Part shown: positions 6,725 to 16,841 of the stretch, piece by piece | Layout: each line of letters opens with the position of its first letter | Numbering within the stretch: the first letter of the stretch is position 1 | Source: a virus | Taxonomy: Duplodnaviria > Caudoviricetes | DNA length: 64,000 bases | Strand: one strand, 5' to 3' | Virus record (IMG/VR): IMGVR_UViG_3300031519_004326 | Coordinates: 1 to 64,000 of that record | Position numbers and translations under genes: made by a program | Notes under the pieces: model-generated | Told to the model about the DNA's origin: nothing | The model's database searches: none | What the model saw: only the letters and a program-made list of their open reading frames with translations

Positions 6725-7009
6725 ATGAAACTTGCAGACTTTAAATTAATGGAAACTACAATGCCTAAGGGCGTACAAGCCATTGTTGATTTTGGCAAGT
6801 ATGAACTTAGCATTATACAGAACGAAATGTCATATGGTGGCAACCAAGGGTTGTATGAGATTTCTGTATTCAACGGTGGTGAACAAGTGGAACTGCCTGG
6901 TATTACTAACGATGGTGATACTGTAAAAGGGTACTTGACAATCGACGCTGTTGATGCTATAATAAATAAAATGTTTACAATAACAGGCACAGAGGGCAAA
7001 CAGATATGA
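6725..7009 (+). CDS. hypothetical protein
   Basis: ORF track 6716; 6725 start preferred (GGGA upstream, no overlap). Confidence 0.7.
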   Translation: MKLADFKLMETTMPKGVQAIVDFGKYELSIIQNEMSYGGNQGLYEISVFNGGEQVELPGITNDGDTVKGYLTIDAVDAIINKMFTITGTEGKQI

Positions 7010-8325
7010 GAATGCAACCGCAAGAGATAATCAAACATTTAGAAGCTGACAATAGTAAGCTGGCTAAACAAGCAATTCTACTAGAAGCAATGCAAGAAGG
7101 ACTAGATGAGTTCTTCGAAGGCGTCACAATGGCACTTGATCCAATGGTAACATTTGGTGTTAAGCAAGTACCTGAGCGGTCAGACGTACTTACAGGACAA
7201 GGACTTAGCTGGGGGAACTTTAAAGTACTAGCCGAGCAACTACGCAACCGTGAGCTTACAGGACACGCGGCTCGTGATGCTATTGAACTTGCAATGAGTG
7301 TTGCTACTACTGAACAATGGAATGGCTTTTACCGAAGAGTCTTAATCAAAGACTTGCGTTGCGGAATGAGCGAAAAGACTGTTAACAAAGTAGCTAAAGA
7401 CTTCCCACAATATATTGTTCCTACATTTACGTGTTCGCTTGCACACGATTCGGCTAATCACGAAAAGAAGATGATTGGTAAGAAACAAATTGAAATCAAA
7501 CTAGATGGCGTAAGAGTTATTACTATTATCCAAGGCGACAAAGTAGAAATGTTTAGTCGTAACGGCAAACAGTTTCATAACTTTAATCACATCATCGACG
7601 AACTTAAAGAAGTTATTAAAGATCATCCTGTACCTTATCCGCTTGTATTAGACGGAGAAGTTATGAGTGCTAATTTCCAAGACTTGATGAAACAAATACA
7701 TCGTAAAGACACTGTACAAAACAGCGATGCAGTATTACATTTGTTTGATACTATTCCACTAGGTTGTTTCAAAACAGGTAGTTGGGACAAGCCACAGAGC
7801 TTTAGAAGCCTAATTACCAAGCATTGGGTAGAAGACCACAAAGCTACACTAAAGCACGTACAAGCACTTGATTGGGAAGAGGTCGACCTTGACTCCGAAG
7901 AAGGCCAAGAACGCTTCGTAGCGTTAAATAAAGCGGCTGTAGACGGCGGATATGAAGGTGTAATGATTAAAGACATTGATGCACCATACGAGTGCAAACG
8001 TACTCACGCTTGGCTTAAAGCAAAACCATTTATAGAAGTAACATTGGAGGTAGTAGATGTTGAAGAAGGTACTGGCCGGAATGAAGGCAGACTTGGAGCG
8101 ATTGTCTGCAAAGGAACCGACGATGGTAAGGATATTGTCGTTAATGTCGGTAGTGGCTTCACTGATGTTCATAGGGACGACTATTGGAATAGCCGTGATG
8201 CTCTTGTTGGCAATCTTGTAGAAGTAAGAGCAGACGCTGTAACACAGAATCAAGATGGTACATACAGTTTGCGTTTTCCACGATTTAAAACTTTTCGAGG
8301 CTTTGAGCTAGGAGAAAAACTATAA
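7006..8325 (+). CDS. ATP-dependent DNA ligase
   Basis: KLDGVR (adenylated Lys), LDGE, EGVMIK, RFPRF OB-fold end. Confidence 0.96.
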   Translation: MRMQPQEIIKHLEADNSKLAKQAILLEAMQEGLDEFFEGVTMALDPMVTFGVKQVPERSDVLTGQGLSWGNFKVLAEQLRNRELTGHAARDAIELAMSVATTEQWNGFYRRVLIKDLRCGMSEKTVNKVAKDFPQYIVPTFTCSLAHDSANHEKKMIGKKQIEIKLDGVRVITIIQGDKVEMFSRNGKQFHNFNHIIDELKEVIKDHPVPYPLVLDGEVMSANFQDLMKQIHRKDTVQNSDAVLHLFDTIPLGCFKTGSWDKPQSFRSLITKHWVEDHKATLKHVQALDWEEVDLDSEEGQERFVALNKAAVDGGYEGVMIKDIDAPYECKRTHAWLKAKPFIEVTLEVVDVEEGTGRNEGRLGAIVCKGTDDGKDIVVNVGSGFTDVHRDDYWNSRDALVGNLVEVRADAVTQNQDGTYSLRFPRFKTFRGFELGEKL

Positions 8326-8540
8326 TGGAAATATTAACTAATTTAGGTGCAGTCGCTTTAATCGTTGCATTTTTCTTATTCAGTTATATAGGAATACATA
8401 TAGTGTTTGAGAAAGATGCAAAGAAAAGCATTCCTTTAATTTGGGAGAAAGGCGGATTACTTCACAAGCTACTTAATCCTAGAGACTACGAAGTTTTTGA
8501 TAAGTCTAAAATTAAATATAGAGATGGAGATAACACTTGA
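8325..8540 (+). CDS. membrane protein
   Basis: N-terminal hydrophobic helix. Confidence 0.65.
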   Translation: MEILTNLGAVALIVAFFLFSYIGIHIVFEKDAKKSIPLIWEKGGLLHKLLNPRDYEVFDKSKIKYRDGDNT

Positions 8541-8785
8541 AAAAATTTATATACTTCCTTAAATGGAACTTCACTGATATGCAACCGTTTACAAAGCGAT
8601 ACATTGCATATTTTACAGCAGGTATAATTGCTGCATTTATATTCGGTGGACAATCTGGTGCATTTTTTATTGCACCGCTATTAATGTTTATTGACTTTAC
8701 TGTAGATATGGTTAGTTCACGTTATAAAGAATTTACAAAAGAACAACAAGACCTTATTGACACTTTATCAGAAAGTAAAAAGTAA
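8537..8785 (+). CDS. membrane protein (TTG start)
   Basis: GGAG RBS, TTG start, two hydrophobic segments. Confidence 0.65.
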   Translation: MKKFIYFLKWNFTDMQPFTKRYIAYFTAGIIAAFIFGGQSGAFFIAPLLMFIDFTVDMVSSRYKEFTKEQQDLIDTLSESKK

Positions 8786-8973
8786 TGAGTATGAACCACG
8801 ATGCGAAACCTAAAGACGATGAACTAGAACGAATGAAGGCAGAGTTTCTTGCTAAAGGTGGTGAGATTACTAAAGGCAAAACAAAACCTATGCCTCCAGA
8901 ACTCGGGATTAGTAACAGCAGTTGGAATAATAAACTAACTAAAGCTGAGAAAGAAGCTAAAAACAGTAAGTGA
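8785..8973 (+). CDS. hypothetical protein
   Basis: 62 aa; EFLAKGGEI resembles EFLDNGGKI in 38587..38778. Confidence 0.7.
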   Translation: MSMNHDAKPKDDELERMKAEFLAKGGEITKGKTKPMPPELGISNSSWNNKLTKAEKEAKNSK

Positions 8974-9011
8974 TCTAAATATTTAATGGCACCCCTGCTT
9001 ATGGAAATATC

Positions 9012-9040
9012 TTGACATTTGCTAACTAATGCTATATAAT
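9012..9040 (+). promoter_or_regulatory. sigma70-type promoter (topoisomerase)
   Basis: TTGACA-17 nt-TATAAT. Confidence 0.9.
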
Positions 9041-9071
9041 GTACATATAACACAAACAAGGGCAGACATTA

Positions 9072-10862
9072 ATGACTGACAATTTTAAATTATTATCGGA
9101 TTCTGAACATATCCGTAAACGTTTCTCTATGTACGGCGGCAGTCAAGTTGTACAACAGGAACTAACATTTGTAAATGCCGAGTTTACAAAAGTAAACATA
9201 GTTGGTGGCTTACTTAAAGTAATCAATGAAATCATTGATAACAGTGTAGACGAATACGTTCGCACTAAAGGCAAGTATGCTACACGCATTGATGTAGACA
9301 TTGAAGCAGACGGTACTATTATAGTAAGCGACAACGGTCGTGGCATTCCTAGTGTAGAGATTGATACTCCGGATGGTAAAGAATACCAAATGGTAAGTGC
9401 ATTTACGCGAGCCCGAGCAGGTAGTAACTTTGATGATGACAACCGTGACAGCATTGGTATGAACGGCGTAGGGTCAATGATTACATTTGTGACATCGTCT
9501 TTGTTTGATGCTAAAAGCAGTGACGGCAACCTGCAAGTACAAATGGTAGGCAAGAACGGCCAAATAGATCGAATCCGTACTAAAGAAACATCACTGAAGG
9601 GTACAACTGTTAAGTTCCGTCCTGATTATGAGTTCTTTGGTATGGAGACCATTGACGAAGCACATACATCAATGATTGAAGAACGTGTGCGTTCACTTGC
9701 ACTAGCATTTGATGGTGTGCGTTTCCGCTTTAACAAAAAGATTGTTAGACTAAAGTTTGCAGATTACTTTGGTAACTGTGATATGTTTAATACAGAAAAC
9801 GCCATCTTTGGCATTGCAAAATCAGATGGTAGTCATCAGTCAGCTAGTCTAGTAAACGGACTAAGTGTAAAGAGCGGTACACATATTGATTACCTCTTAA
9901 ACACTATTATGCAAGACTTTCGCGATGCACTGAAGCGTAGGCGCAAAGTAGATATTACTGCGGCACGATTAAAGCAACACTTGCGAGTACACGCTATTAT
10001 AAACGGCTTTCCGGCACTAAAGTTTGACTCGCAGACTAAAGAGCGTGTAACAAATAGTGCGGCAGAATGTCGTAATGCAATTGGCGAGTTTGACACTAAA
10101 AAAGTTATTGCTAAGTTAATGAAGAACGAAGATTTGATTAACGAAATTTGTGCATACACTAAAATGCAAGAAGACTTACTTGCTAAGAAAGACTTAGGCA
10201 AACTTGAAAAGAAAAAGAAAGTAAAGAGCGACAAATACTTTGCAGCAATTGGTCATCGTACTGACAGGATCTTTGTTGTAGAAGGTGACTCAGCAAGCGG
10301 CGGCTTAATTAAATGTTTAGGACGCAAAGGTAATGCGTTTTATGCACTTAAAGGTGTTCCGCTTAATGTACTAGAAGTGTCGCATCAGAAGTTTATGGCG
10401 AACAAAGAACTTAGCGAACTGTACAGCATTATTACAATGTTTCCAGAAGCAGAGATTTGTTTAGCAACTGACGCAGACGCTGACGGTATGCGTATTACAG
10501 GACTAGTATCGTTGTTTATGTTTAAGTACTTTCCGGAGCATTTGAACAATGGCAAGATGAAGATCCTACGTACACCTATTGCAATTGGCAAGAAGAGCAA
10601 CCAAGTTAAAGAATGGGCGTACACGTTTGCAGATGTAAATAAGATTGATCACAAGCTAGACGTAAGCTATGTAAAGGGCTTAGGTAGTTGGAGTGAGAAA
10701 GACTTGAAGCACATCATCAGTCAAGACACAATGGATGAAATGTTGCCAACAGTAAGTATTGCTGATACTGATCTCTTTACAAATTGGTTTAGTAGTAGTA
10801 CAATTGATTATCGCAAGGAGCAATTGCTTCAGAGTGCGCCATTTGATATTATGAAGGTATAA
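9072..10862 (+). CDS. type II DNA topoisomerase large subunit (GyrB-like, T4 gp39+60 fused)
   Basis: EIIDNSVDE, DNGRGIP, GMNGVG GHKL motifs; EGDSA and DADADG TOPRIM. Confidence 0.95.
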   Translation: MTDNFKLLSDSEHIRKRFSMYGGSQVVQQELTFVNAEFTKVNIVGGLLKVINEIIDNSVDEYVRTKGKYATRIDVDIEADGTIIVSDNGRGIPSVEIDTPDGKEYQMVSAFTRARAGSNFDDDNRDSIGMNGVGSMITFVTSSLFDAKSSDGNLQVQMVGKNGQIDRIRTKETSLKGTTVKFRPDYEFFGMETIDEAHTSMIEERVRSLALAFDGVRFRFNKKIVRLKFADYFGNCDMFNTENAIFGIAKSDGSHQSASLVNGLSVKSGTHIDYLLNTIMQDFRDALKRRRKVDITAARLKQHLRVHAIINGFPALKFDSQTKERVTNSAAECRNAIGEFDTKKVIAKLMKNEDLINEICAYTKMQEDLLAKKDLGKLEKKKKVKSDKYFAAIGHRTDRIFVVEGDSASGGLIKCLGRKGNAFYALKGVPLNVLEVSHQKFMANKELSELYSIITMFPEAEICLATDADADGMRITGLVSLFMFKYFPEHLNNGKMKILRTPIAIGKKSNQVKEWAYTFADVNKIDHKLDVSYVKGLGSWSEKDLKHIISQDTMDEMLPTVSIADTDLFTNWFSSSTIDYRKEQLLQSAPFDIMKV

Positions 10863-10865
10863 AGA

Positions 10866-12194
10866 ATGACAAAGCAGATTCCACTAGAAGGCTTCTTTAA
10901 GAACGAATATATCGACTTTTCAGTATACGACAATGTCCGTAAACTAGGAAACTACATTGATGGGCAAAAGAATGCAAGCCGTAAGATTGTACACACAGTC
11001 CTACAACAGAACATTGACAAGTTTGTTAAAGTAAGTAACTTAGGTCCTAAGGTACAAGACTATGCACAGTATTTGCACGGAAGCCTTGAAGGTACTATTG
11101 TTAATATGACTGCAAACTATGTAGGTAGCGGTAACAATGTTCCACTACTAGAAGGCGATGGTAACTTTGGTAGTTCGTTTATTAATGATGCGGCTGCTAC
11201 ACGTTATATCTTTGCACGTATGAATCCAATCTTAAAGCAACTGTACAACAAAGATGACTTTGTAAATCTTGAACATCAGAACTTTGAGGGTGCTAAGATT
11301 GAGCCACGCTTTTATGTACCAGTACTTCCTATGCTTGCTATCAACGGCAGTGAAGGTGTGAGTATTGGATTTGCACAAAAGATCCTTCCACGTGATCCTA
11401 AGCAGATCTTTAAGTGGGTACAACAACGTGCTGAAGGTTCTAAAATTACTGCTCGACTGACACCTTATTGGGAAGGAATGTCGTGTAAAGTTGCTAAAGG
11501 TGAAAGTTCAACACAGTGGGAAATCCACGGATCGTTTGTACGCAAATCTAAGCACCGTATAACTATTGATTCGTTACCCGTAGGGTACACCCTTAAACAA
11601 TATCAAGCAGTATTAGAGAAGCTAGTTGAAGATAAAGTGATTAAAGACTATGACGACTTATCAGATAACGATGTGTTTGAATTTGAAATCCAAGTAGATC
11701 GTGCGTTCGGTGAACGAACAGATGAATGGATTATGACCAAGCTAAAGTTGATTAAAAAGGTAAGTGAAAACTTTACTTGTATTGATGAGCACAATAAGAT
11801 TGTTATCTTTAAAGGTCTTAAAGAGTTGTTAGAAGCTTGGTATGTAAAACGTATTGAGTACAACGACAAGCGTAAACAACACTTGCTATCTAGTATGCAA
11901 GAAGAAATGGATTACACTAATGCAAGAGCTAAGTTTATACAAGGCGTTGTAGATGGTGCCATAGAGCTTCGTAATGCTAAAGAGACAGCAGTTATTACAC
12001 AAGCTGAAGCATATGACGTTATACTACAAGGGCGTGTTAAGGGCTTCTTAGGGCTTCCTATGCGTAGTTTAACAACAGAAGAAATAGCAAAGCTCAAAGC
12101 AAAAGCAAAAGGCCTCAAAACACAAATTGCAGACTACAGCAAGTTGACTTTTGAAAATATCTTGCTACAAGACTTAGATAATATTAAAATTTAG
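10866..12194 (+). CDS. type II DNA topoisomerase medium subunit (GyrA-like, T4 gp52)
   Basis: YLHG, GNFGS, AAATRY catalytic Tyr. Confidence 0.95.
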   Translation: MTKQIPLEGFFKNEYIDFSVYDNVRKLGNYIDGQKNASRKIVHTVLQQNIDKFVKVSNLGPKVQDYAQYLHGSLEGTIVNMTANYVGSGNNVPLLEGDGNFGSSFINDAAATRYIFARMNPILKQLYNKDDFVNLEHQNFEGAKIEPRFYVPVLPMLAINGSEGVSIGFAQKILPRDPKQIFKWVQQRAEGSKITARLTPYWEGMSCKVAKGESSTQWEIHGSFVRKSKHRITIDSLPVGYTLKQYQAVLEKLVEDKVIKDYDDLSDNDVFEFEIQVDRAFGERTDEWIMTKLKLIKKVSENFTCIDEHNKIVIFKGLKELLEAWYVKRIEYNDKRKQHLLSSMQEEMDYTNARAKFIQGVVDGAIELRNAKETAVITQAEAYDVILQGRVKGFLGLPMRSLTTEEIAKLKAKAKGLKTQIADYSKLTFENILLQDLDNIKI

Positions 12195-12233
12195 TGCTGT
12201 AACACTTCTTTAGTTAAACTGATAAATAGTTAT

Positions 12234-13337
12234 ATGAGCAATATATCCGATCCAGAAATCCAACGTATACGCCAAGGTTTAAACGACCTAGGAGATGCAA
12301 TATATCAGTTATCAAGAACTGAGGCACCGACACCTGAAATTAATAACAGAAGTCTTACCGGCGATGCAATACACGGTGGAAAGATTACTGCATTCCAGAG
12401 TGTAGGAATTAGAGATGATAGTTCAAGGTTAGTTGTCGTTATTGACGATGACGGCATTGTTACGGATAACATTGATGTAGAAACTATTGTAGGTGCTACA
12501 ACAGTAAGTGGTGATTTAACTGTACAAGGTCTAATTACTGCAACAAGACTTCACGTAAATGAAATTACAGCAGATATAAGACAAGAGCGTACTAGTTCAC
12601 TTGAGTATACTGACGATGTATATCATAAAGGTTTAGTTTGGCGCACACCAAACGGTAGTAAGCAGTTTTCATTAAAGCCGCAACCAGACAGACTTTGGTC
12701 TGATCTTCCAATAGACGTTCATAGAGATTCATATTATAGTATTGATAATGTAAGTGTACTTACAATGAATGAACTAGGACCAACTGTTACACGCAGTAGT
12801 CTAACACAAGTTGGCGTATTACAAAATCTAGCAATAGAAGGTAATATGAACATTGACGAATACGTGTTTTGGAACAGTGACTTTATGCGTTTTGGCATTG
12901 GTACTGAGACACCAAATGGTACATTCGGAATTGTGCAAGACGATGCAGAATTTATTATCGACACTCAAGGCAGAACGGCAACGTTCGGCACATATACAAC
13001 TACAGACCTAAACATCATTACAGATAATACTACACGCATTAGTGTAAATGCTACAGGTAGAATTATACTTGGTGCTGACACTAATAGTAAAACTACTGTT
13101 AAAGGCAAACTAGGTATAAATGTTGAGAACCCTACAGCAGACATTGAAACTGCTGGACCTGTTAGCTTTGAAGGCAAACGATTTGAAGTTGCTGCAGGCG
13201 CACCAACTAACGGTTCTTATAGACAAGGTGATATTGTTTGGAACACATCACCTCGCCCAACAGGTTATGTAGGATGGATTTGTACCCAGGCTGGAACTCC
13301 AGGAATTTGGAAAACGTTCGGTCAAATTGCTTCATAA
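12234..13337 (+). CDS. putative virion/tail fibre protein
   Basis: Late box upstream; beta-rich repeats (GIGTETPNG, GINVENPTA); C-terminal GDIVWN...GWIC...GIWKTFG. Confidence 0.6.
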   Translation: MSNISDPEIQRIRQGLNDLGDAIYQLSRTEAPTPEINNRSLTGDAIHGGKITAFQSVGIRDDSSRLVVVIDDDGIVTDNIDVETIVGATTVSGDLTVQGLITATRLHVNEITADIRQERTSSLEYTDDVYHKGLVWRTPNGSKQFSLKPQPDRLWSDLPIDVHRDSYYSIDNVSVLTMNELGPTVTRSSLTQVGVLQNLAIEGNMNIDEYVFWNSDFMRFGIGTETPNGTFGIVQDDAEFIIDTQGRTATFGTYTTTDLNIITDNTTRISVNATGRIILGADTNSKTTVKGKLGINVENPTADIETAGPVSFEGKRFEVAAGAPTNGSYRQGDIVWNTSPRPTGYVGWICTQAGTPGIWKTFGQIAS

Positions 13338-13378
13338 ACCTGTAACTTTACGTAACACCCGACTGCCATAAATACAGT

Positions 13379-13690
13379 ATGGATAAAGTCAAAAATCAAA
13401 AAATTGCAAGACAAGTTGAACGCTGGGATCTATTTGCCCGGCTAACTCCTACTCTCTTCTTAGTAACAACTATGACGCTAATATTGTTTGATTTAGTAAA
13501 AGTGGAATACGCATTTTACGTAGGTCTAACAGGATTTGCTGTTACGGCAGTTACTTGGTGGTGGTGGGCAATCTTTACTATAAGATACTTAATAACTACA
13601 CTGAGTAGAGCTAGTTCTACCTTGACTGAAGTCAGCGAAGAATTTAAAGTAGTTAAAAAGGAATTAGCGGAGTTAAAGGATGAACAATAA
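13379..13690 (+). CDS. membrane protein, 2 TM + coiled coil
   Basis: Hydrophobic segments, WWWW. Confidence 0.7.
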   Translation: MDKVKNQKIARQVERWDLFARLTPTLFLVTTMTLILFDLVKVEYAFYVGLTGFAVTAVTWWWWAIFTIRYLITTLSRASSTLTEVSEEFKVVKKELAELKDEQ

Positions 13691-14156
13691 ATCATACAAA
13701 ATATTAAAAGCCGCGACTAATATAGTTAGCGGATTAAGTATGTCGACACTTATTATTTTAGGTGTAGCGTATATGGGATTTAATAATGCGTTTGTGTTTA
13801 ATAATGCAGGTATTTCAGTAACAAACAATCCAGTTACTGGAGACCAGATTAATTTTATTCTAGAAGGCAGTCGACGCCACGAATGTGTACTAACAAGAGT
13901 ACACACAGATGCAACTAATAATGAAACTAATGAAAGATTTGAATTAGACTTTGCTAGAAAAGTATATCTAAGATCAGATGACTATCTTGGCAATGCAACA
14001 GGCATAGTTGACCATCAGTGGGGAGTGCCAAAGCCAGACGGTATGCTACCAGGCGTATACAGAGTAAGCCTATACAGCGAGTTTGATTGCGTATACTTAC
14101 TTTTCAAAACATCTAAAGTCCAAATTTTTGATAACATCTCACTCATCATAGAATAA
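13680..14156 (+). CDS. membrane-anchored protein with soluble C-terminal domain
   Basis: N-terminal TM, two Cys in C-terminal domain. Confidence 0.7.
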   Translation: MNNKSYKILKAATNIVSGLSMSTLIILGVAYMGFNNAFVFNNAGISVTNNPVTGDQINFILEGSRRHECVLTRVHTDATNNETNERFELDFARKVYLRSDDYLGNATGIVDHQWGVPKPDGMLPGVYRVSLYSEFDCVYLLFKTSKVQIFDNISLIIE

Positions 14157-14164
14157 ATAAATTT

Positions 14165-14767
14165 ATGTTAGCAATCGGAAACGGCGAAAGTCGTGCATCT
14201 ATCGATATAGACAAAATTAATGGGCCAAAAGTAGGCTGTAATGCGTTATGGCGAGACTATCACACAGACTATCTTGTATGTGTAGACCGACGAATGGTTG
14301 ACGAAAGTGTACGTGGCAAAGTGAACTTAAACGATACACTAATATACACTCGAGAAGATTGGTATGATAGATATCAAAGATTGCCTAAAGTTAGAAAATT
14401 ACCTCCACTTCCTTATAATGGCGAACAACGCTGGGACGAACCGTTTCAATGGGGTAGCGGTCCTTATGCAGTTTTTATTAGTGCATTGTTTGCGAAAGAA
14501 GGCTATGTAAATCTAATTGGTTTCGACTTGTGGAGTAACACCAAGCAAGTTAATAACATATACAAAGACTCACCAAATTATGACGATGCCAACAAGAGTG
14601 CTGTCGATCCACGTTACTGGTTACACCAAATTGGAATGGTGTTTAACTGCTTTCCTAAAATACAATTTACTGTATATCAAACCCCGTCCTGGGAATTACC
14701 TAAAGTCTGGAATTATTCTAATGTTTCGGTTGACACACTAAGTAATATAAGTTATAATAATACTTAA
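14165..14767 (+). CDS. DUF115/MptE-like, sialyltransferase-like fold protein
   Basis: AIGNGESR...GCNALWRD...LVCVD, LIGFDL. Confidence 0.55.
   Translation: MLAIGNGESRASIDIDKINGPKVGCNALWRDYHTDYLVCVDRRMVDESVRGKVNLNDTLIYTREDWYDRYQRLPKVRKLPPLPYNGEQRWDEPFQWGSGPYAVFISALFAKEGYVNLIGFDLWSNTKQVNNIYKDSPNYDDANKSAVDPRYWLHQIGMVFNCFPKIQFTVYQTPSWELPKVWNYSNVSVDTLSNISYNNT
14730..14758 (+). promoter_or_regulatory. sigma70-type promoter (queD)
   Basis: TTGACA-17 nt-TATAAT inside 3' end of upstream gene. Confidence 0.88.
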
Positions 14768-14831
14768 CAAGGACTTGGCGTCACCCCTTCTAACTCTGCC
14801 GCCCATACAATTATTAAAACAGGAGATAATA

Positions 14832-15281
14832 ATGGGGAAATATTTAAGCACAAAACACTACGGACACAACATTGGTCTTTCGGCAGTATTCCGTCAACCT
14901 AATGCAGATCATTCACACTGTCATCTATTACACGGTTACAGTTTAGCATTTACATTTAAGTTTGGATGTACCGAACTAGATCATAAAAACTGGGCTGTAG
15001 ACTTTGGAGGTCTTAAACCTTTAAAGAAATGGCTAGAAGACAACTTTGATCACAAGACAGCAATTGACAAAGATGATCCGTACTTAGATAAGTTTATGGA
15101 ACTACAAGAACTTGACCTAGCAGAAATTGTTGTTATGGATGGTGTCGGTGCAGAGAAGTTTGCAGAACACGCATTTAACTTTGCAGATAAACTAGTGCGC
15201 GAAATAAGCAATAATCGTTGTTATTGCGTAAGTGCAGAATGTGCAGAACACGGAGCAAACTCAGCGATATACGAGGTGTAA
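14832..15281 (+). CDS. queD: 6-carboxytetrahydropterin synthase (PTPS/QueD)
   Basis: SHCHLLHGYS Zn motif, VDFGGLK, GAEKFAE, E at HGANSA; ATG 14832 after AGGAG. Confidence 0.9.
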   Translation: MGKYLSTKHYGHNIGLSAVFRQPNADHSHCHLLHGYSLAFTFKFGCTELDHKNWAVDFGGLKPLKKWLEDNFDHKTAIDKDDPYLDKFMELQELDLAEIVVMDGVGAEKFAEHAFNFADKLVREISNNRCYCVSAECAEHGANSAIYEV

Positions 15282-15282
15282 G

Positions 15283-16092
15283 TTGGTTAAAAAGCATATC
15301 GAGGGCGAATCTAAAGAACACCGCAAGCGCAGAAAAGCTCTTGAAAAAATGGCAAAGTTAGATGGTCCGACTTTTACTAACGAAGAAAAATATTATATAG
15401 TGTGCTTAAAGCACGGCACACTATATTCTGCAGATTATGTAAACCGTTTGTATAATATGGTTAAACGTAATTGTACACTTGATTACGAATTTGTTTGTTT
15501 AACTGATGAGCCTAAAGGCATTGACTCTAATGTTAAAATTCTTCCACTACCGGGTGGTATTGCCGGATGGTGGTGCAAGCCTTATATGTTTTCAAAAGAC
15601 TTGCCATTAAACGGCACTGTACTTTATATGGATCTTGATGTAGTTATTTCAAGTAACATTGATAAACTAATCACCTGGCAACCAAATCAATGGTGTACTA
15701 TTAGAGACTTTACTCGAGTAATGCGACCCAAGTGGCAAAAGTATAATAGTAGTGTAGTAAGATTTAAAACAGGTGATTTGGATTTTGTTTGGACCGAATA
15801 CGAAAAAAATAAAGTTGAGATACAAAAGAGATTACACGGCGACCAAGACTGGTTATGGGAAGCAACTAGACATAAACAAGCAATGTTGTATCCTGACAGT
15901 TGGATACAAAGTTGGAAATGGGAAGTACGCAAAGACAAAGCATTTAAGCCTGGTGGCTTACGAGGCCGAAGAACGTTTAATAAAATTGACAATCTTGCTA
16001 AACCCAATATTGAATGTTCTATTTGTGTCTTCCACGGAGACCCTAATCCAGAAATGGTAGAAGACAAATGGGTAGTCGACAATTGGAAATAA
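15283..16092 (+). CDS. glycosyltransferase, GT-A fold (GT8-like)
   Basis: YMDLDVVI (DxD), YNSSVV, GDQDW, CVFHGDPNP; TTG start 15283 after GAGG preferred over 15232. Confidence 0.8.
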   Translation: MVKKHIEGESKEHRKRRKALEKMAKLDGPTFTNEEKYYIVCLKHGTLYSADYVNRLYNMVKRNCTLDYEFVCLTDEPKGIDSNVKILPLPGGIAGWWCKPYMFSKDLPLNGTVLYMDLDVVISSNIDKLITWQPNQWCTIRDFTRVMRPKWQKYNSSVVRFKTGDLDFVWTEYEKNKVEIQKRLHGDQDWLWEATRHKQAMLYPDSWIQSWKWEVRKDKAFKPGGLRGRRTFNKIDNLAKPNIECSICVFHGDPNPEMVEDKWVVDNWK

Positions 16093-16093
16093 A

Positions 16094-16816
16094 ATGTTAC
16101 TGACAGTAATTGATGTTACCCACTACACAGATACCCTGTTTAGAATACGAGTTGAACGTCCGCGGACATATAGATTTACAGCAGGTGAGTTTGTAATGAT
16201 CGGGTTAGACAACTGGTCAGAAAAACTACAAAAGAACAAACCTATAATGAGAGCATACAGTATATCAAGTGGTCCGTATGATGACTGGATTGAATTTTAC
16301 AGTATCAAAGTACCAGGTGGACCACTTACAAGTAAACTACAGCATATTAAAGTAGGCGATATGTTAGAAGTGGGCGAGAAACCAACTGGTACATTATTGC
16401 TTGCTAACTTAGAACTAGGTGGTCACTTAGTAATGATGGCAAGTGGCACCGGCATTGCTCCGTTTATTAGTTTACTACGTGATCCTGAAACATATGACTT
16501 ATTTGAAAACATAACAGTAACCTGGACAACTAGATTAAATGCTGAACAGGATTCTTATAGAGACTTTTTAAACGAAATGCCTATTGAATATATTAGTACA
16601 GTAACACAAGAAGATGCTGAACTAAAAGGACGTATTCAAACATTTATGGAGGATGGCACTGTTAAGATCAACGATCCATCTTATCAGCGTATTATGTTAT
16701 GTGGTAGTATAGGATTTAACAATGACCTAAAAGAACATTTTAGTACATTAGGCTTTTGTGAAGGTAATAAAAAGACACAAGGTACGTTTGTGCAAGAGCG
16801 GGCGTTTGTGGGTTGA
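16094..16816 (+). CDS. fpr: ferredoxin/flavodoxin-NADP+ reductase
   Basis: RAYSISS FAD motif, GPLTSKL, SGTGIAPF, MLCGS, ERAF. Confidence 0.93.
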   Translation: MLLTVIDVTHYTDTLFRIRVERPRTYRFTAGEFVMIGLDNWSEKLQKNKPIMRAYSISSGPYDDWIEFYSIKVPGGPLTSKLQHIKVGDMLEVGEKPTGTLLLANLELGGHLVMMASGTGIAPFISLLRDPETYDLFENITVTWTTRLNAEQDSYRDFLNEMPIEYISTVTQEDAELKGRIQTFMEDGTVKINDPSYQRIMLCGSIGFNNDLKEHFSTLGFCEGNKKTQGTFVQERAFVG

Positions 16817-16841
16817 CAAAGATACGCAAACGTGTTATACT
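16813..16841 (+). promoter_or_regulatory. sigma70-type promoter (uvsE)
   Basis: TTGACA-17 nt-TATACT. Confidence 0.85.

Noticed and set aside
14775-14831. In-frame TTG start extending QueD by 19 aa
   Set aside because: AAGGA lies only 1 nt before the TTG while ATG 14832 has a well-spaced AGGAG; the stretch is better read as an RNA leader.
14832-15281. Complete 7-deazaguanine DNA modification system
   Set aside because: Only queD is present; folE, queE, queC and dpdA are not in this window.
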